Assembly: GCA_023920165.1 (NCBI GenBank)
Contig: CP089276.1
Location: forward strand, 2,852,001-2,916,000
Direction of reading: 5' to 3'
Origin: Curvularia clavata
Taxonomy: Eukaryota
DNA: 64,000 nt
Positions 23,169-36,556 of the stretch are shown here, one piece after another; the first letter of the stretch is position 1; every line of letters starts with the position of its first letter. Both the position numbers and the translations under genes were made by a program. The notes below the pieces were generated by a model. The model searched no databases. It had not been told where the DNA came from and worked only from the letters and a program-made list of their open reading frames with translations.

Positions 23169-25111
23169 GAGCGGCAATGGAAGTCTACGGCAGTATCAAG
23201 ATGAGGTAGCAAATGCGATATATGAGCGGTGGGTGGTGTGTTGAGAGGATCACGGGAGAAGCTTCTGTGCGGTGCTTCTAGAAAGCTCCGAGCGCTAGGT
23301 ATAGAAGCTTCGCACATATGTGTACCAGAGTCGTTGGTATACACAAAAACATTACGCAGAGAACTTCGTCGTTTATTCCATAGTCCTATTTTGACAAAAA
23401 GTATTTGATGCGGGTCAACTACACAGCTTTTGCTGGGTTCAACTTCGAATGAATCAAAATAGCTGTTTTAGCCAAAAGCCAAGCTCTCATGAGCATCAAG
23501 TACCAAAACGCTACGTTGACTCAGTTGCTAAACTTAACTTGCCACAGCCTAATGATATCGAGTGATTTGGTCGAAACTAGTAGATGTTCCATGAACCCGT
23601 AAAGGACATCACCACTATCTGGAACTTGCCATGGTAAACCTCAACATCAGACAGTCACTTATCTGTGGGCCCAACGGAGATGGGCGGAGTGCTACAGTAG
23701 GGCCTCCGCTTTTGTGAATACATGGTACACAACGGCCCGCTAGGCTGCAGAGCACCGTCCTCCGTCTTACATGTCTTCTTTCTTCTTCGGCATTACGGTG
23801 TTGACGAAACGGGGAGCATACACCTTGCCGCTTGGCATGCACATAATGGCCCCCAAGAGGCTTGATTTCTAGAAGAGATCAATGGCGCAATCACGCAGCA
23901 CCGCCCTTGAAACAAGAAGCGTTTTGGCAATTGGAAAGCAGCATGCTTGGCACCGGAGATAGGCAGAGGGCGAAACGAGGCTGTACGGAGTAGACACAAT
24001 AGGGAGATGAGAATAGCACTTTGGCACGCTGTGCAAGGGCGACCCATGGAAACGGGTGTCAATGACAGCCGCTATACGGTCAGAAACACGGCTTGCCATG
24101 TTGCAGCAGGAACAGCGGCGTATCAACTGGTGAACCCCAGCCGCCCAAGCAAGCAACTCGAGGCGCATCGCAACGAGGTCGAAACAAGGCCGGGCAGGGT
24201 ACCGGAACTGTACATCCGCCCAAAGTCGGCAGCCAAGCGGCAGCAGGACAAGGGCGGTACGCAATGTGGACGTCAGGGGGTCGGTTCCAGGCCTGACCGG
24301 TCCCTTTTGCCAAAATTTTTTTTCTTTCGGGGGAGCGGGCAGACCAGAGAAGGAGAGTGAAACTCACAAGATGCAGGCGCCACGACAGACGGCGTGTGGG
24401 TCAAAGGCAGCTGCACGACATGGCGCTTGTGTGCGGCTGGGGCTTGGCTTGGGTGGGAGTTGTACGGCAGCTGGGTAGACGGCAGACAGCGCAGCCCACT
24501 TTCACGCCCACCCTCGGGTATCATCCACCCACACCCAGATCCGGGAGCGCAACCGCAAGTGGGACTGGAGCTTATTCCAACTTCGCACGCTGACGGCGGC
24601 AGTCCCAGCATCGTGGACAGCAGGGCGCGAGGGCGGCGACGCGTATACTTTGTGGGAGACAAAGTTGCCTGAGACGGCCTAGTGGTTTCGGGGATGGCTG
24701 GGCAGGCAGGGTGCGCAATTTCAGTGATGAGCAAGCACGCACGAGCACGGTGTCGCGTTCGCAACGAGGTTGGCCGGTGCTGGGTGCGGCTGCTGGGTAG
24801 GTTCGGCGGAGACAGGCCACAGTGCCATGGCGGATGGAACAACACGTGGGGTTCGCTGGCTGCAGTTGGGTCCGAGTAGGTTAGGCTGGACCAGGCCAGT
24901 GCCAGCGCGGCCACGGTCGCCGTGTTTCTTTCTTCGCCAGGCTGCCGCTTTGCCGGAGAAAACTTGGTGGAAGCTCGCCAGCCTGTCGTCTAGGCGTTGC
25001 AGGAAAAAGAAGCCTCGGCGTTTTGTTCCGCAAAAAGGCGCTTTGTATACTGCCAAGCATGCAACGTAAAGCGTCGGCAGGCCGCAAGCGAGAACTACCA
25101 AAGGGCCCTCC

Positions 25112-25127
25112 TGTGTGTGTGTGTGTG
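25112..25127. repeat. (TG)8 microsatellite
   Basis: tgtgtgtgtgtgtgtg. Confidence 0.85.
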
Positions 25128-27813
25128 CACGGGCACGCAGCCGCCTGTGCAGCGGCAGAGGACTGAGATATGCACGCATGGCAGTTGTCCATGTGTGTGG
25201 TGTGTATGTAATGTAATGTACGTATGTATAGCACGGCACTCTCCGATGCTACGTCGCTGGCGACACATAGCAGCATCGCCCACGACGGCATAGCACACTG
25301 AGACCTGACCCGAACGGGTGCCTGTCACCGTGGATAGTCGAGTCAGTCGCGCCATCGTGATCAGAAGACGCTAGCCGTGGTCTGTAAGCTGAATGGCCCG
25401 CCTATGTTCAACAATCTTCGCCGTTGCGGCCAGCAGCACCACGTCGCGCATTTTGCATTGCTGGCCAGCGCCGTCGTGCAGCATGCGCCGTTTCCATTCG
25501 ACACGAGTACGCCTCGGCCCTGCACGCGGCTGTATCCATCAAGTGCCGAGTCTTCGAGAAGCGGTCGTAGTGTTTCAAGGCCTGAGGTTTCATTCACCGC
25601 GACCAGAAGAGGATTGCCTGCCGACCGATTGACGAGCCGCCGAGGATTTAGCGGACGCCGTTGCTGGCTTGCAATCTCGTGCCAAGGGACCCCTGACCAG
25701 CGCTATGCCATATTCAGACCACCATACGTCACGCTCACCTCACCAGACTTTTCGTGCCAGCCTCGGCGGCTCCCAACAGCCACCACGCCACACGTGCAGC
25801 CAGCGCAGGGTGATGGCCAGCAGCCGGCAAGGGAGAAGAAGTAGTACTCAAACTCTGTATGTTGTGTGCATCGACCCATGGACGGTGGTGTCATCGTGCT
25901 GTTCTGCTCAGGCGATGGAGGCGACGACAGCAACGACGTCTGCTGGCTCTGGCCGGACGCCGTCGGTTTCATCGTCGGATATAACGACAGGATCCTAGCC
26001 AAAGCCACAGCCGCCAACGCGACAGCAAAGAGCAGCGCTCGGCCTCTGTCGGATCCATGCTCGGATGAGTTGCTTGCACTTGGACTTTGTCTTGCCTCGC
26101 GTCTCGCTGCTCTAAAGTACCGATCCGATGGCTCTGGCTCAGACTCTGACAAGTTGGTGCAACTAAGCCCTTCGCCGGCGGGCGGGTGCTGTGCTGGTCC
26201 AAGTAGTCATGGATGCGCGACCGTTTCCATGGGACCCCCCTCGCGCCCGTGGGATGTGAAAAGGAAAGAAAAAAAGAAGGCACCTGGGAAATTATTCAGG
26301 TTCGGCCAGGGCCGTTGCCGCTGACGCCCAGGCTGTGTGGTGCCGCGTCCAGCTCCTCCTCTTATCGATTGGCAGTGCGTGAAACCCCTAGGGCGACGTC
26401 GAGGAGCGGACGAAGAAGGGCTGTGGCTATGGACAGGCGTGGGTGTTCCGAAGGGGGTGGGTGGGTGGTAGACAAGCACGATTCAAGGGCGCGGCCAGCG
26501 CGTTGGCCTGAATGCTAAGGGCGTGGGAGCATGGGTGTGTAATTGGGTGCTTGCTCCGTTAGCACACGAACGGCTGTCGTCATTGGTAATGGTTTTGCTC
26601 ACCATACGCGCTCCAATGCAAGACACGGTGCGAATATAACGTACATGAACAAGACGAGTGCGCAGAACCCAATCACGTGCGGCCACAAGGAAACGGGCGC
26701 CGCCTAGGAGCCCTGGGATCCTTCCTTCCATCTCTACTGCTGCTGCTGCTACTACTCGATTCTGTAACGTCGAGCCTACGCATCTCCGACGCGCTTGCCG
26801 CGACATCACCTTGTCTCTTATTCACACCACACGCACACTACTTGTACACCACCACGACATCTCTGTCTGCAAGCGGGTCCTCGGCCGCCTTGCCCTCTTC
26901 CCCGTTGCTCATTACTCATCCCATCCGTTGCCACGCCACACGACACGACACACGATACTCTCCGACGCTGCTCCTGCTGCCCTGACCCAATCTGCGCGTG
27001 CGCGGGCGCTATCATCATACGTCGGCCAAGCTTCGGCTTACAGCAGCGCGCGGAAACAGGAAGTGCTTGGAACGGAAATCCGACGCTCGACTACAGCACC
27101 AGACTTTGCATATTTTTTTCGCCGACCGGTACCTCTCCTACCCCGACCGACCTTTACTTTGCACCCCCCTCCCCTCCGCCCCCTCGCCGCCCCCCAAGCT
27201 TCCCCCAACAGCCTTCACTCCTGTCGTGGGTCTTCCGTCCCTGCTTCGTGCCTTGCCCTCTCCACTTGGTCTATCCGCAAGCAGTCGGCTGAGGCTGAAG
27301 TGTGTGTGGGCCGCCGATCTGCACCAAGTCCCTTGTCTCCCTCGCGTGAATTACCGCGCCAGCCAGCCAAACCATCGCAGCGCTTTTTACTAGTGCTGCG
27401 CAAGAAAAGTTCCATCGTCACCGGCCCATCAACTTTTTTCAATTTCTGCGCCGTCGCCACGCCTTTCCCACTCCCATCTCTTGTCATTCACACCCACTGT
27501 GGGCACCTCCATTTCCCACTCCTCCCGCTCAAAAAAGGTACCCGCCGACGGACGCGAATCGACTGTCCATCGCAATCCCCCACACAGGCTCCACCCTTAC
27601 AAAGCTTCGTCGTGGGCCTGTCTTCCTTTCCCTGGCGACGTTAGTCCAACGGCCCTCTCTCTTGGTGCTGCATACCCAGCCGTTGCTCACGTTACTCCGC
27701 TCTGAGCTCCGTCGAATGGTCCCGTCACGAACCACAATTGGTCGCGTCTTCCCCATCAACTCACCCAGCCTCGACCCGCACACGCAGTAGCTACCACACG
27801 TGTGTGCGACGTT

Positions 27814-29026
27814 ATGGACAGTACAGACCGCTTCCGCCAGCCTGGCCTAGCCAACTACCCTTCCATCGGCCAGCAGTTCAACGGCTCCCAGAACCAGCTG
27901 CCCACGCTGCCGCCTCTCCAGAGCGGTGGCAGCCAGTATGCGCCGCCCATGTACGGCCACAATAGCAACCCTCATACGCCTCAGCCCCCCCATACGCCAG
28001 TCACTTCTGCCCCCAATGGTACCTCCACCATGCCGCCGCTGCAGCACCCGCCGCTGCGACCTCTGCAGCCCACCCCGTCGTCGTACCTGCCCATGAGCTC
28101 GGCCTACTCGCAGGCGCCTATGCTGTCCACTGCCGCCGCACACACCAACGGCCACCAGCTAGGCCCTTCCCCAGGCATGGGCTTAGCACACACGTCCATG
28201 TATGCCCATCCTCCCGTGCTCCCTAACCAGGAGCCTGAGCCAGTTCACGTCGTTGGCCAGCAGGGTCGTCGCGGCGTCTTGCCTACCCATCCTGGACGAC
28301 CTGCCCCAGCTGCTGGCAAGGCACCCACTACCGCGACCAAGAACGCCGAGGGCAAGTACGAGTGCCCTCATTGCAACAAGACATACCTGCACCTGAAGCA
28401 CTTGAAGCGCCATTTGCTGCGACGTAAGTTTACTCATCATCCCAAAAATAACAAAAAAATTACCGCAGTTCAATTACTAATGTTTCTTTTTGCATACAGA
28501 CACGGGCGAACGACCCTACCAGTGCCATCTCTGCAAGGACACTTTCAGCAGGAGTGACATCTTGAAGCGCCACTTCCAGAAATGCTCGATACGAAGGGGA
28601 AACCCAACTGGCGCCAACCATCTCCAGCATGCGCAACAGCATCTGCAGAAGAACAGACAGCCTACTGGCGCGGACCAGAACTCATACCTCAACCACATTG
28701 GCGCCAACGCCATGTCGTATGCCGATGCTGGAGGTTACTCCATGGGTCTGCCTCAGATGCCTGCTATGGCTGGTAATGGCTTTGGCGACAACCTGCCTTC
28801 GCTTGCCAACCACCAGACCATGTCGGCGCGTACCTCGCGTTCAAACAGCTTGATGCGCCCCAGCAGCGGCGTTGAGGATGGTGCTCACCGCCGGAGCATG
28901 TCTGCTATGGACTTTGCGAATGCCAGGATGAACTTCAATGACTACCGCCCAGATGGTGTTGCCAACGGTTATCCTCAACAGCAGCAGCAGCAACAGCAGC
29001 AGCAGCAACAACAACAACAGCAACAG

Positions 29027-29058
<32 letters not shown>

Positions 29059-30887
29059 GCAAACCCAAACCCAAACCAATGGCTCCGACCCCAACGCCCA
29101 CTACAACTACGAGCAGGCCTCTACAAATGGATCAATGGCACAAAACGGCATGACTGTCAAGAGCGAGGGCGCCGACCCAGCATCTTACGGAGTCTCCACC
29201 CTGCCCAACGTTGACGGCATGACCAACGGCCAGGATGGGTCGCTGTGGCGAAACGGATCGTTCAGCGGCGATATGAATAATTCCAGTACGGCAGGTGGCC
29301 CAACCTTTCAAAAACAGGCCCAGTTCTGACCGGAACTTTTAGACCTCAGATGATACACCGAATGATACTTTGTTTGGACTTTACTCGCACGTTCCCGGTT
29401 TGGTCGACTCTTCTCCGACACTCGATGGCTGGTTTATTGGCCAATCCACCTCTGATCCAGTGCACAATCTGGCTGCTTCGCTTGTGACTTTTTGCTCTCC
29501 GAACGCGACTTCAATCTCAAACCAACACTCCCCCGAGGCATATACCCATGAAAGGCTACAAAAAATGTTGACTGGAGACAATGTCAAGGAGTTCCTACAC
29601 GAATACAGGCACTATCACTCACATTTCCCATTGATACACATTGCAACATTTGATCCATTCACCGCCTACCCAGGTCTTGTACTGGCCATGTGTTGTCTTG
29701 GCGCTGTTTATTCTGACAAGATGAGCCCATCAGATGTCCGTTGGTTGATGGAGCGCGTCCGAGAGAATGTGCTGCGATCCAATCAAGTTTACGAATTGGC
29801 ACAAGCGCACCAGATGGCAGATTTGAACAATCAGCTAAGCTCCACGACCGAGGAGATTCAAGCCTTGGTTCTACTCCACTCCCAGTTTCTCTGGCATGGG
29901 TCACAGCAGCAACGTCAACAAGTGCGAGAGGAGGTTGGGGCTTTGGCCAACGTAACGCGTTGTGCTGCGCTTTTCCAACCTCTTCCAGCCGACAACATGA
30001 ATGCTAGTGCACTCCATCAACCGGGTCCAGTGACAGGTGAGGAAGTTGACTCTTGGAGCTGGCATCTCTGGATTGAGAACGAGAAGCGAGCTAGATTGGC
30101 AGCATATGTCTACCTCATCGATGCCTCGTCTACCATATTCTTCAACACACAGCCAAGATTCGACGCGAAGAATGTCACAGTTCCTTTGCCCGCTGACGAC
30201 GCGGCTTGGGAGGCGAGGACATCAGAAGATTGTGCCAGCGCCCTGGGTCTACGAGGACAGGCGGCACAGGCAAATAACGAATCTGGTAGCAGGCGTGCCA
30301 AGCAACTGGCCATGTCCGAAGCATTAAGCGTACTCAATGGGACCTGTCCAGGCCAGTTTCCCGAGCGGGCGACCAATGTCTTTGGCAAATTCATCCTCAT
30401 CCATGCGCTTCACACTCAAATCTACGACATCCAGCGACAGCTCATTCGTCGCCTTTCTTCGAGCGGTGCAAGCACGCCTCAATCTCAAGCCGGCACTTCA
30501 GTCAGTGGAGTCAACGAACAAGTGCAAAACCAGCTTCGCTCTACCGTGGGTGCTCTGAACCTGTGGAAGGCATGCTGGGACAAAGACTTGGCCATCCAGT
30601 TTACCCATCGCCAACGTCGACGTGGGTTCTGCCGGGATGGCATTCACTTCTACTTCTTAGCACAGGCTTTCCTGCGACAATCGCGCCCTGAAGATTGGGC
30701 AACCACGGCAGATGTGCGATGCAGACATGTTTTCCACCTCCTGAAGCAAATCAGGCCGTATGTCGCGTCGGATTCTGCACAAAAGGGCATTGAAATTGGT
30801 TCCATGACCGAAATCGCCGACGACTACGCCATCGCTGATCTCACCCTCAACATGCGGAATCTATTCACTCCTCTCGACGAAGTATGA
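27814..30887 (+). CDS. C2H2 zinc-finger transcription factor (RfeC-like N-terminus) with polyQ and a C-terminal fungal-specific TF domain
   Basis: YECPHCNKTYLHLKHLKRHLLR|HTGERPYQCHLCKDTFSRSDILKRHFQKC, with intron 28423-28499. The downstream exon has YHSHFPLIHIATF, LVLAMCCLGAVYS and WIENEKRARLAAYVYLID..VPLPADDAAWEA, typical of Fungal_trans. The second junction is ambiguous (see findings). Confidence 0.85.
28976..29062 (+). repeat. Mixed CAG/CAA trinucleotide repeat encoding Q29
   Basis: 87 nt of uninterrupted CAR codons in frame. Confidence 0.95.
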
Positions 30888-32745
30888 GCACCTCTCCAGA
30901 CTCAAACACTCAGACCTACAACCAATACAACCATCAAGTATCATTCCATCCACAACATCAAACCAAACCTGGAGCTGCAGTAACCAGCTCCCAACAAACT
31001 ATCCTCTTCGGCACATCATCCAAGGTTTAAAAAGATCGGTCTCTCGCAAACCGTCGTCATATCTCATCGTTTATCATCATCACAAACACTAGAATTACAA
31101 GCATCCAAGTTTTTCATTCTCTTAGCACGATCAAGTTCTTACTAGGTCTCGCATTTACATCGGAGTCCCTGGAGTCAACCTTTGCATGGGGGTCATTGGA
31201 CATGCAAGGTTTCACGAATCATCAACGGCGGTAAACTTTACGATCGACCTTTCAATCTCAAAAAAGCATTAGACAACTCCATATCTCATGGTCTCTTGAA
31301 CACAAAAAAAGCAACTCCGTTCACCGAACTTGGATGGCGGAAGAGGACTTTATCAGATCATGGACTGCCTCTCAATTTGCAGTGCAGATTAGGTTGTGTG
31401 GGACGTATTAGCTCGAAAATTCAGTGTACATGTTCATTTTGTTGTTTTTTCCTACATAGCTGCGAGGCTGCTCCAACTGCATCATCACGGTGTTACTGCT
31501 CTTATGGGGGAGACATAGACTAGAGACCGGATGTAAGGGAAGTGCGCCTAGAGCCTGCCCCATGAAAAAGTCCTCAATGAAAACATGTTTGCTTTAAACT
31601 TTGGTCTCCACGTGTGCGGGCTTGTGTATTATAAGGGAACCCAGCTAACCGTGGGGCGGGCGGGCGAGGGAGGAGCTTAGGGCTGGGCCACCTCCGCCCA
31701 TGTTTTGGCTTGGCCATGATACCCGGCTACGACTTGCATTTCGGTGACGTAATACTCGGCTCCGCTTGAACTGGAGCGCAGTACATTCCCCAGCCTTCCC
31801 GATGTCTTACACCGATCGTCCGAGAAATAACGACACGCGTCGCTGGCACTCAGCTGCTGCACACATACCGTGGTAGACTTTGGCCTCAACATGATGAGAC
31901 ACTACTTCAGCCATCTCGCTTGTGAAAACGTCATATCTCCAGGCCAAGTAGACCATGATGGTGCCGTCGGGCTATAGTTGGAGTAGATCGTAGTTCTGCA
32001 TAGGTTATACATTGATCGACTGAGATCTAGTCCTACATCCCTTACATACATTTACTCCCAACACTGCTGACGTTGCGTCTCAGTGCGGGCTATTGAGTTT
32101 ATAGCGCTCTAAAATGACAACACGAATGCAACGAGAGGTCCAAAGTTAACAGGTTTTTCTCGTGAGCGCAGAAATTGACAGTGAGCGAAGAAGCAACTAT
32201 ACCACGCGTGGATTTCTTCTGCTGTACCATATTCTAGCTCGCTCGAACCCCGCTTCTCACTCGTCACGGACCATGTCAAGCGCCCGGCACGCCGGCATGC
32301 TACTTTAGACTCTAACCAGCTCTATCAATTCGTATAAACGAAGCGAGTTGGCCAGGCGCCTGTGAGCGAGGGTTTCTCGACACTCAAGACACCTCCCGGC
32401 CGTCTGACCATCTTTCCCTGCCTAGGGAGAGCACACGGGCTCCTCTCTGGCTTCTCAACAAGGATCATGATCTACAAGAATGATCTTCCAACGGTCTTTT
32501 AGCAGGGAACTGTTACGATGGAGGTCGAAGAGCCTGTAATCAGCGCACACATCGCCCTTGCGTATGGTGAGAGCGCAAATTTTTTTCTGGATTCTGTTCA
32601 GACGCCTAGATGCCACCGAGCTGAGTATGTGAGAAAACAAAATGGCATGATTGGACCTAGCTGACAAGTCTTGCAACGCAGGGTTGGCACTGTGGAGAAA
32701 ACAACAACAACAACAACGCGTGACACCATTAACTCATCTACAGCA

Positions 32746-34338
32746 ATGGGAAAGGCCCTGGCGCATCCGGAAAGACCACGCAACGCGTTACATACATTTA
32801 ATAGTTTTTCATCGGGAGTCAATGCATCTCATGAATCGTTTGATTGCACGCTGGAGTATCACGTGCCTACATATCCCGCCATACCGCCATTGCATGCTGG
32901 AAATGCGACGAACAGTACCCATCGAGCTGGTGGTCTCAGCGCCTCTCGAAGCATGCGTGTACCGCGATCATCAGCCATGCACCTCACAACTGTTGTTGAG
33001 CACAAGCCACCTGTCCATGCGCCTGCACGGTTGACCGCAAAACGCAGTGTTGAGACGCTCGAAATTTACGAGATTGACAATGTTGCTGAGAAGAAAGAAG
33101 CTATCACCGGTTTCTTGAGTGTCCCAACACAAGATAGGGGCTCACGCACGTCTACCATGTCTTCAGTTGTATCAGCAAAATCTCATCAGGGACCTGGAGC
33201 TATTTACATCCGTCCCTCAGCACAGCTTCAGAACATGCAGTCTATCAGCGATCGGGACAGGAGATTACAAGACGCCGCAAAATTCTACAACTCAGCGCTG
33301 AGCTTGGTAAACAGCCGCGCGGTCTGTACGCCCACCGGGACCCCAGAATCCATTTCCAACATTCCCTTGAGCACCAGTGTGTACCAAGCACATGCTAAGC
33401 TGAACCGCTCCCTCAGCTCTGCCTCTGATTTTGCCAGCCGTAGGGGCATACAAAACTGGGCCAAGTCAAGCGAATGGGTCGAACCTTGCCAAGCAACAGA
33501 GGGCGCGACTGAATGGATTGAAGACTTTCTTACCCGCAAGGAGCAGGCAGATCGTGCCGAAGAGGAACAAACACGCAACGAGAAGAGAGAAAAAGTTACT
33601 GTCATGCGCGGAAACAGCATCAACAAGTTTAGGAGAAGATTGAGCAGGAGAAGGACTACGAGTGACAAGAGAAGCGCTGAACCACGGCGAGGAAAGCTAG
33701 ACAGTGTTGACATGCCCGAGTGGGCAAGAGCGTTCTCGTGGGATGTACGAGCCCATGACGATGAACTCAGACAAGACGGTCCTTCTAACCGGACCTCGAA
33801 CCGATCCTCGAACCGATCCTCGAATCGAGTTTCACCAGATCGCACGCCATCACCGCCACCTCCAGCACCACCCTCCAGCGAAGTAGCCAAACCATCACGC
33901 CGATCACCACCAGCACTCAGCAGATTCCCCACCTCTCAAAACCCTTTCGTTCCCTGCACACCCACCAATCCCAAACGCCGCTCCAAACACGATTCACCCC
34001 AGCTCTCACCCCGCACCTCCAAACACCCGCTTCAACGCCGTTCGTCGTCAAAAACCGGCAGCCTCCCCAAGCTCAAATCGCGATCTGTATCTCTGATAGG
34101 TACAGACGTTAAAAAGTCCTTTTCTACAACTGTTGTTCCTATCCTTGCGGAGGGAAAGAATAGTATCTCGGGGTTTGTGGGTAAGCTGGAGAGGCTGGGC
34201 CAAGGGTTGAACCTGGGTGTGGTAGGCAGAAAGTTGAGGTGGAGACGGAAGGGGAACGGGGGGAAGTGGAAAAGAAATGTGGAGAGGATGAAGTTGGAGG
34301 ATGAGGATGAGGATAGTGATATGGGGAATAGGGAATGA
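32746..34338 (+). CDS. Hypothetical Ser/Arg/Pro-rich protein
   Basis: Stop-free frame of more than 500 codons with first ATG at 32746. No recognisable domain; contains a 12-nt tandem repeat (NRSS) at about 33788-33829. Confidence 0.6.
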   Translation: MGKALAHPERPRNALHTFNSFSSGVNASHESFDCTLEYHVPTYPAIPPLHAGNATNSTHRAGGLSASRSMRVPRSSAMHLTTVVEHKPPVHAPARLTAKRSVETLEIYEIDNVAEKKEAITGFLSVPTQDRGSRTSTMSSVVSAKSHQGPGAIYIRPSAQLQNMQSISDRDRRLQDAAKFYNSALSLVNSRAVCTPTGTPESISNIPLSTSVYQAHAKLNRSLSSASDFASRRGIQNWAKSSEWVEPCQATEGATEWIEDFLTRKEQADRAEEEQTRNEKREKVTVMRGNSINKFRRRLSRRRTTSDKRSAEPRRGKLDSVDMPEWARAFSWDVRAHDDELRQDGPSNRTSNRSSNRSSNRVSPDRTPSPPPPAPPSSEVAKPSRRSPPALSRFPTSQNPFVPCTPTNPKRRSKHDSPQLSPRTSKHPLQRRSSSKTGSLPKLKSRSVSLIGTDVKKSFSTTVVPILAEGKNSISGFVGKLERLGQGLNLGVVGRKLRWRRKGNGGKWKRNVERMKLEDEDEDSDMGNRE

Positions 34339-34365
34339 TGTATAGGGAATAGGGAATGATGTATA
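34324..34365. repeat. Perfect 21-bp tandem duplication spanning the stop codon
   Basis: gggaatagggaatgatgtata x2. Confidence 0.9.
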
Positions 34366-34883
34366 GGGATGTTCTTTTCGCCGTTTTGGTGGGTTTCTTT
34401 TGTCCAGGACTTTTCGTGGCCTTTTCTTTTGTTTTCACGGCGCAAAGAGGGAAGTAAAATTGAGAACGAGGCTTCGGCACCGTTTAAGAGAGAGTTATTT
34501 TTATTACATTTCTTTTGTTGTTGGCTGCGGAGTTGGAAAAGGTTTTGGACGCTCCGTATTTCGCTTTTTCTGTACGTTTTAGTATGCTGCCTCCACCCCC
34601 TGTAATACTAATGGTTTTATAGCGGTAGGAACAAGCAAATGGCAAAAAAAGTTTATACCAACCTCGTCTATGGCCTTCTCATTGAATAGATGCCTGTTAT
34701 CTTGGTCAGATTTTTTATTTCCATGCTGGAAGATGGATATGACAGAAGAGGATAACAATCTCTTCTCAGCACTCGGAATCAAAATCTCAGTTTCATCACA
34801 GTGGCACGAATACACAGTCAATCATTTTGTCAGACCCAAGCAGAGCGTATTACATTACATTACTATTGCTACGCTAATGAAGC

Positions 34884-35862
34884 CTACGCAGTACCCGTGG
34901 CGGAGCTAATGGGCAAGGTAACTGGCATTGGGGTGTTGGAAGCCGAAGCAGTAGTCGAAGAGCCACCACCGCTACCGCCACCATTCTTCTTCTGGACTAC
35001 CGCCTGCACGACTTGGCCGGCCGTGTTGGTGATAATATCGACAAGCGCACCTAGTGGCTCGTACGAGTAGGTCTTCTGAGTCAGGCCCTGACCAATTTGC
35101 TTTGTGCTGTTGGCAACTTCCGTCATGTTGAGCTGGTGAGCGTTAGTAAGCTGCTGTGAGGCACGTGATAAGAGAGAGCACTTACTTTGTAGTTACCGAC
35201 AATCTGAGAGATGGCGTCTGTGCCGGCGCCGACAACTTCCTGGACAATGTTGCCCAGGTTGTCGACCAGGAAGCTGAGTGTCTTTCCGTTTTGCGTAATG
35301 GATCCAAGCTAAGCATTCTTTGTTAGTTTTGATATGTTTCCACGGCATTACGAAAACTCACCAAACCATCGACGGCTCCAATGACGTCTCCGACCAAATC
35401 CGTTACGTTGCTAATCAAGCCAATCAAAAGCGGGTTCAGGTCCAGCGAGTCAAAGACACGTTCGACAATCGAGACCAAGTTACCCAGGCGCACGACGAGC
35501 TCGAGGTTAACATCAACATCGGCAATGGTGATGTTGACCTTCTCGATACCAACTTGCACACCAGCATTGATCTGGACGAGACCAGCTACTTTGGCGTTGA
35601 GGTTGAGATCCGCTTGCAGCTTCTCTACGTCCAGCTCGATGCGGCCCACGTGCAGTTCAGGAACATTGAGAAGCACATCTGGAGGAGAAGATCCCGTGGG
35701 TGCAACCTCTGGAGGTCGCGTAGAGGTGCCATTGCCTGAGGGACGAATGCTACTCGAGGGTGGGGGAGTTGACGGGGCCCCCGATGAAGTTTGTGCGGTA
35801 ATGAGCGTAGCAAAAGTAAGAAAGATGCTGACGAGCAGTAGGCGGATAGAGAACGACGACAT
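34884..35862 (-). CDS. Secreted protein of unknown function, paralog A (290 aa, 3 exons)
   Basis: Signal peptide MSSFSIRLLLVSIFLTFATLITA. Exons 35862-35362, 35308-35186 and 35132-34884, with GTGAGT/GTAAGT donors and TAG/CAG acceptors, all in frame. Confidence 0.85.
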
Positions 35863-36556
35863 TTTTGGCAGTGTTGTTGACGCAAAAGACAGACGACAGT
35901 TGACAGCAACGACAGCGACAAGGGCAGTGTCAGATCAACAAAGAGGGGACGAAGCGCCGTACAAGTATATCGTTCGAGAGGGCCCCGAAGCGAATACGTA
36001 AAGACAATGGGCATATGGCGTTGGTAAAAAACCCAGGCCCTAACCAAAGGCGCGCACCATTATGCATTGTGGAGTAAATACCAGGATTTCCCGTTATAGT
36101 CAAATCTCGGATAAAGCCCCCTATTGCAGTGTCTGCAGGGGTGCTTACAAGGCGGAACCGCATGATCCCCGCAGCGCAAACATGCAGGAACCCAGATGTC
36201 AGGCACCAAATCCTGATTTTCCATCATGCTGTATCGAATCGCAGTGCGAGACCGGGATCCTCCTTAATCTTATTTTTTCTTCTGCTATTCAGTCGTGGGC
36301 TATGGTAGTTAGCGTATGGGGTGGGGAAAAAACGGGTGGATCGCGTAATGCATGCTCATGCTTTGACCGGGATAAACTACCCATCACGAGCGTTGGCGAT
36401 GATGTTGTTAACCGTCGCTCTCGCCCCCGTCTTTCTTTTGCTGATTGATTGTGTTGAGCAAGCCATTCGCTTCCCACTCTCTCCCTCTCGCTCTTTTTGT
36501 CTCTCAGCCAACCTTGGACTTTTTGCAGCCAGTCTCTCTTTTTGTTACCAGTCAAG

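Noticed and set aside
25703..26324. Overlapping 149 and 152 aa ORFs on opposite strands
   Set aside because: Non-ATG starts in the track, no domains and no splice support.
26658..27644. 328-codon ORF upstream of the C2H2 gene
   Set aside because: GTG start, no domain, and Arg/Pro/Ser composition expected from a GC-rich leader; not credible as a gene.
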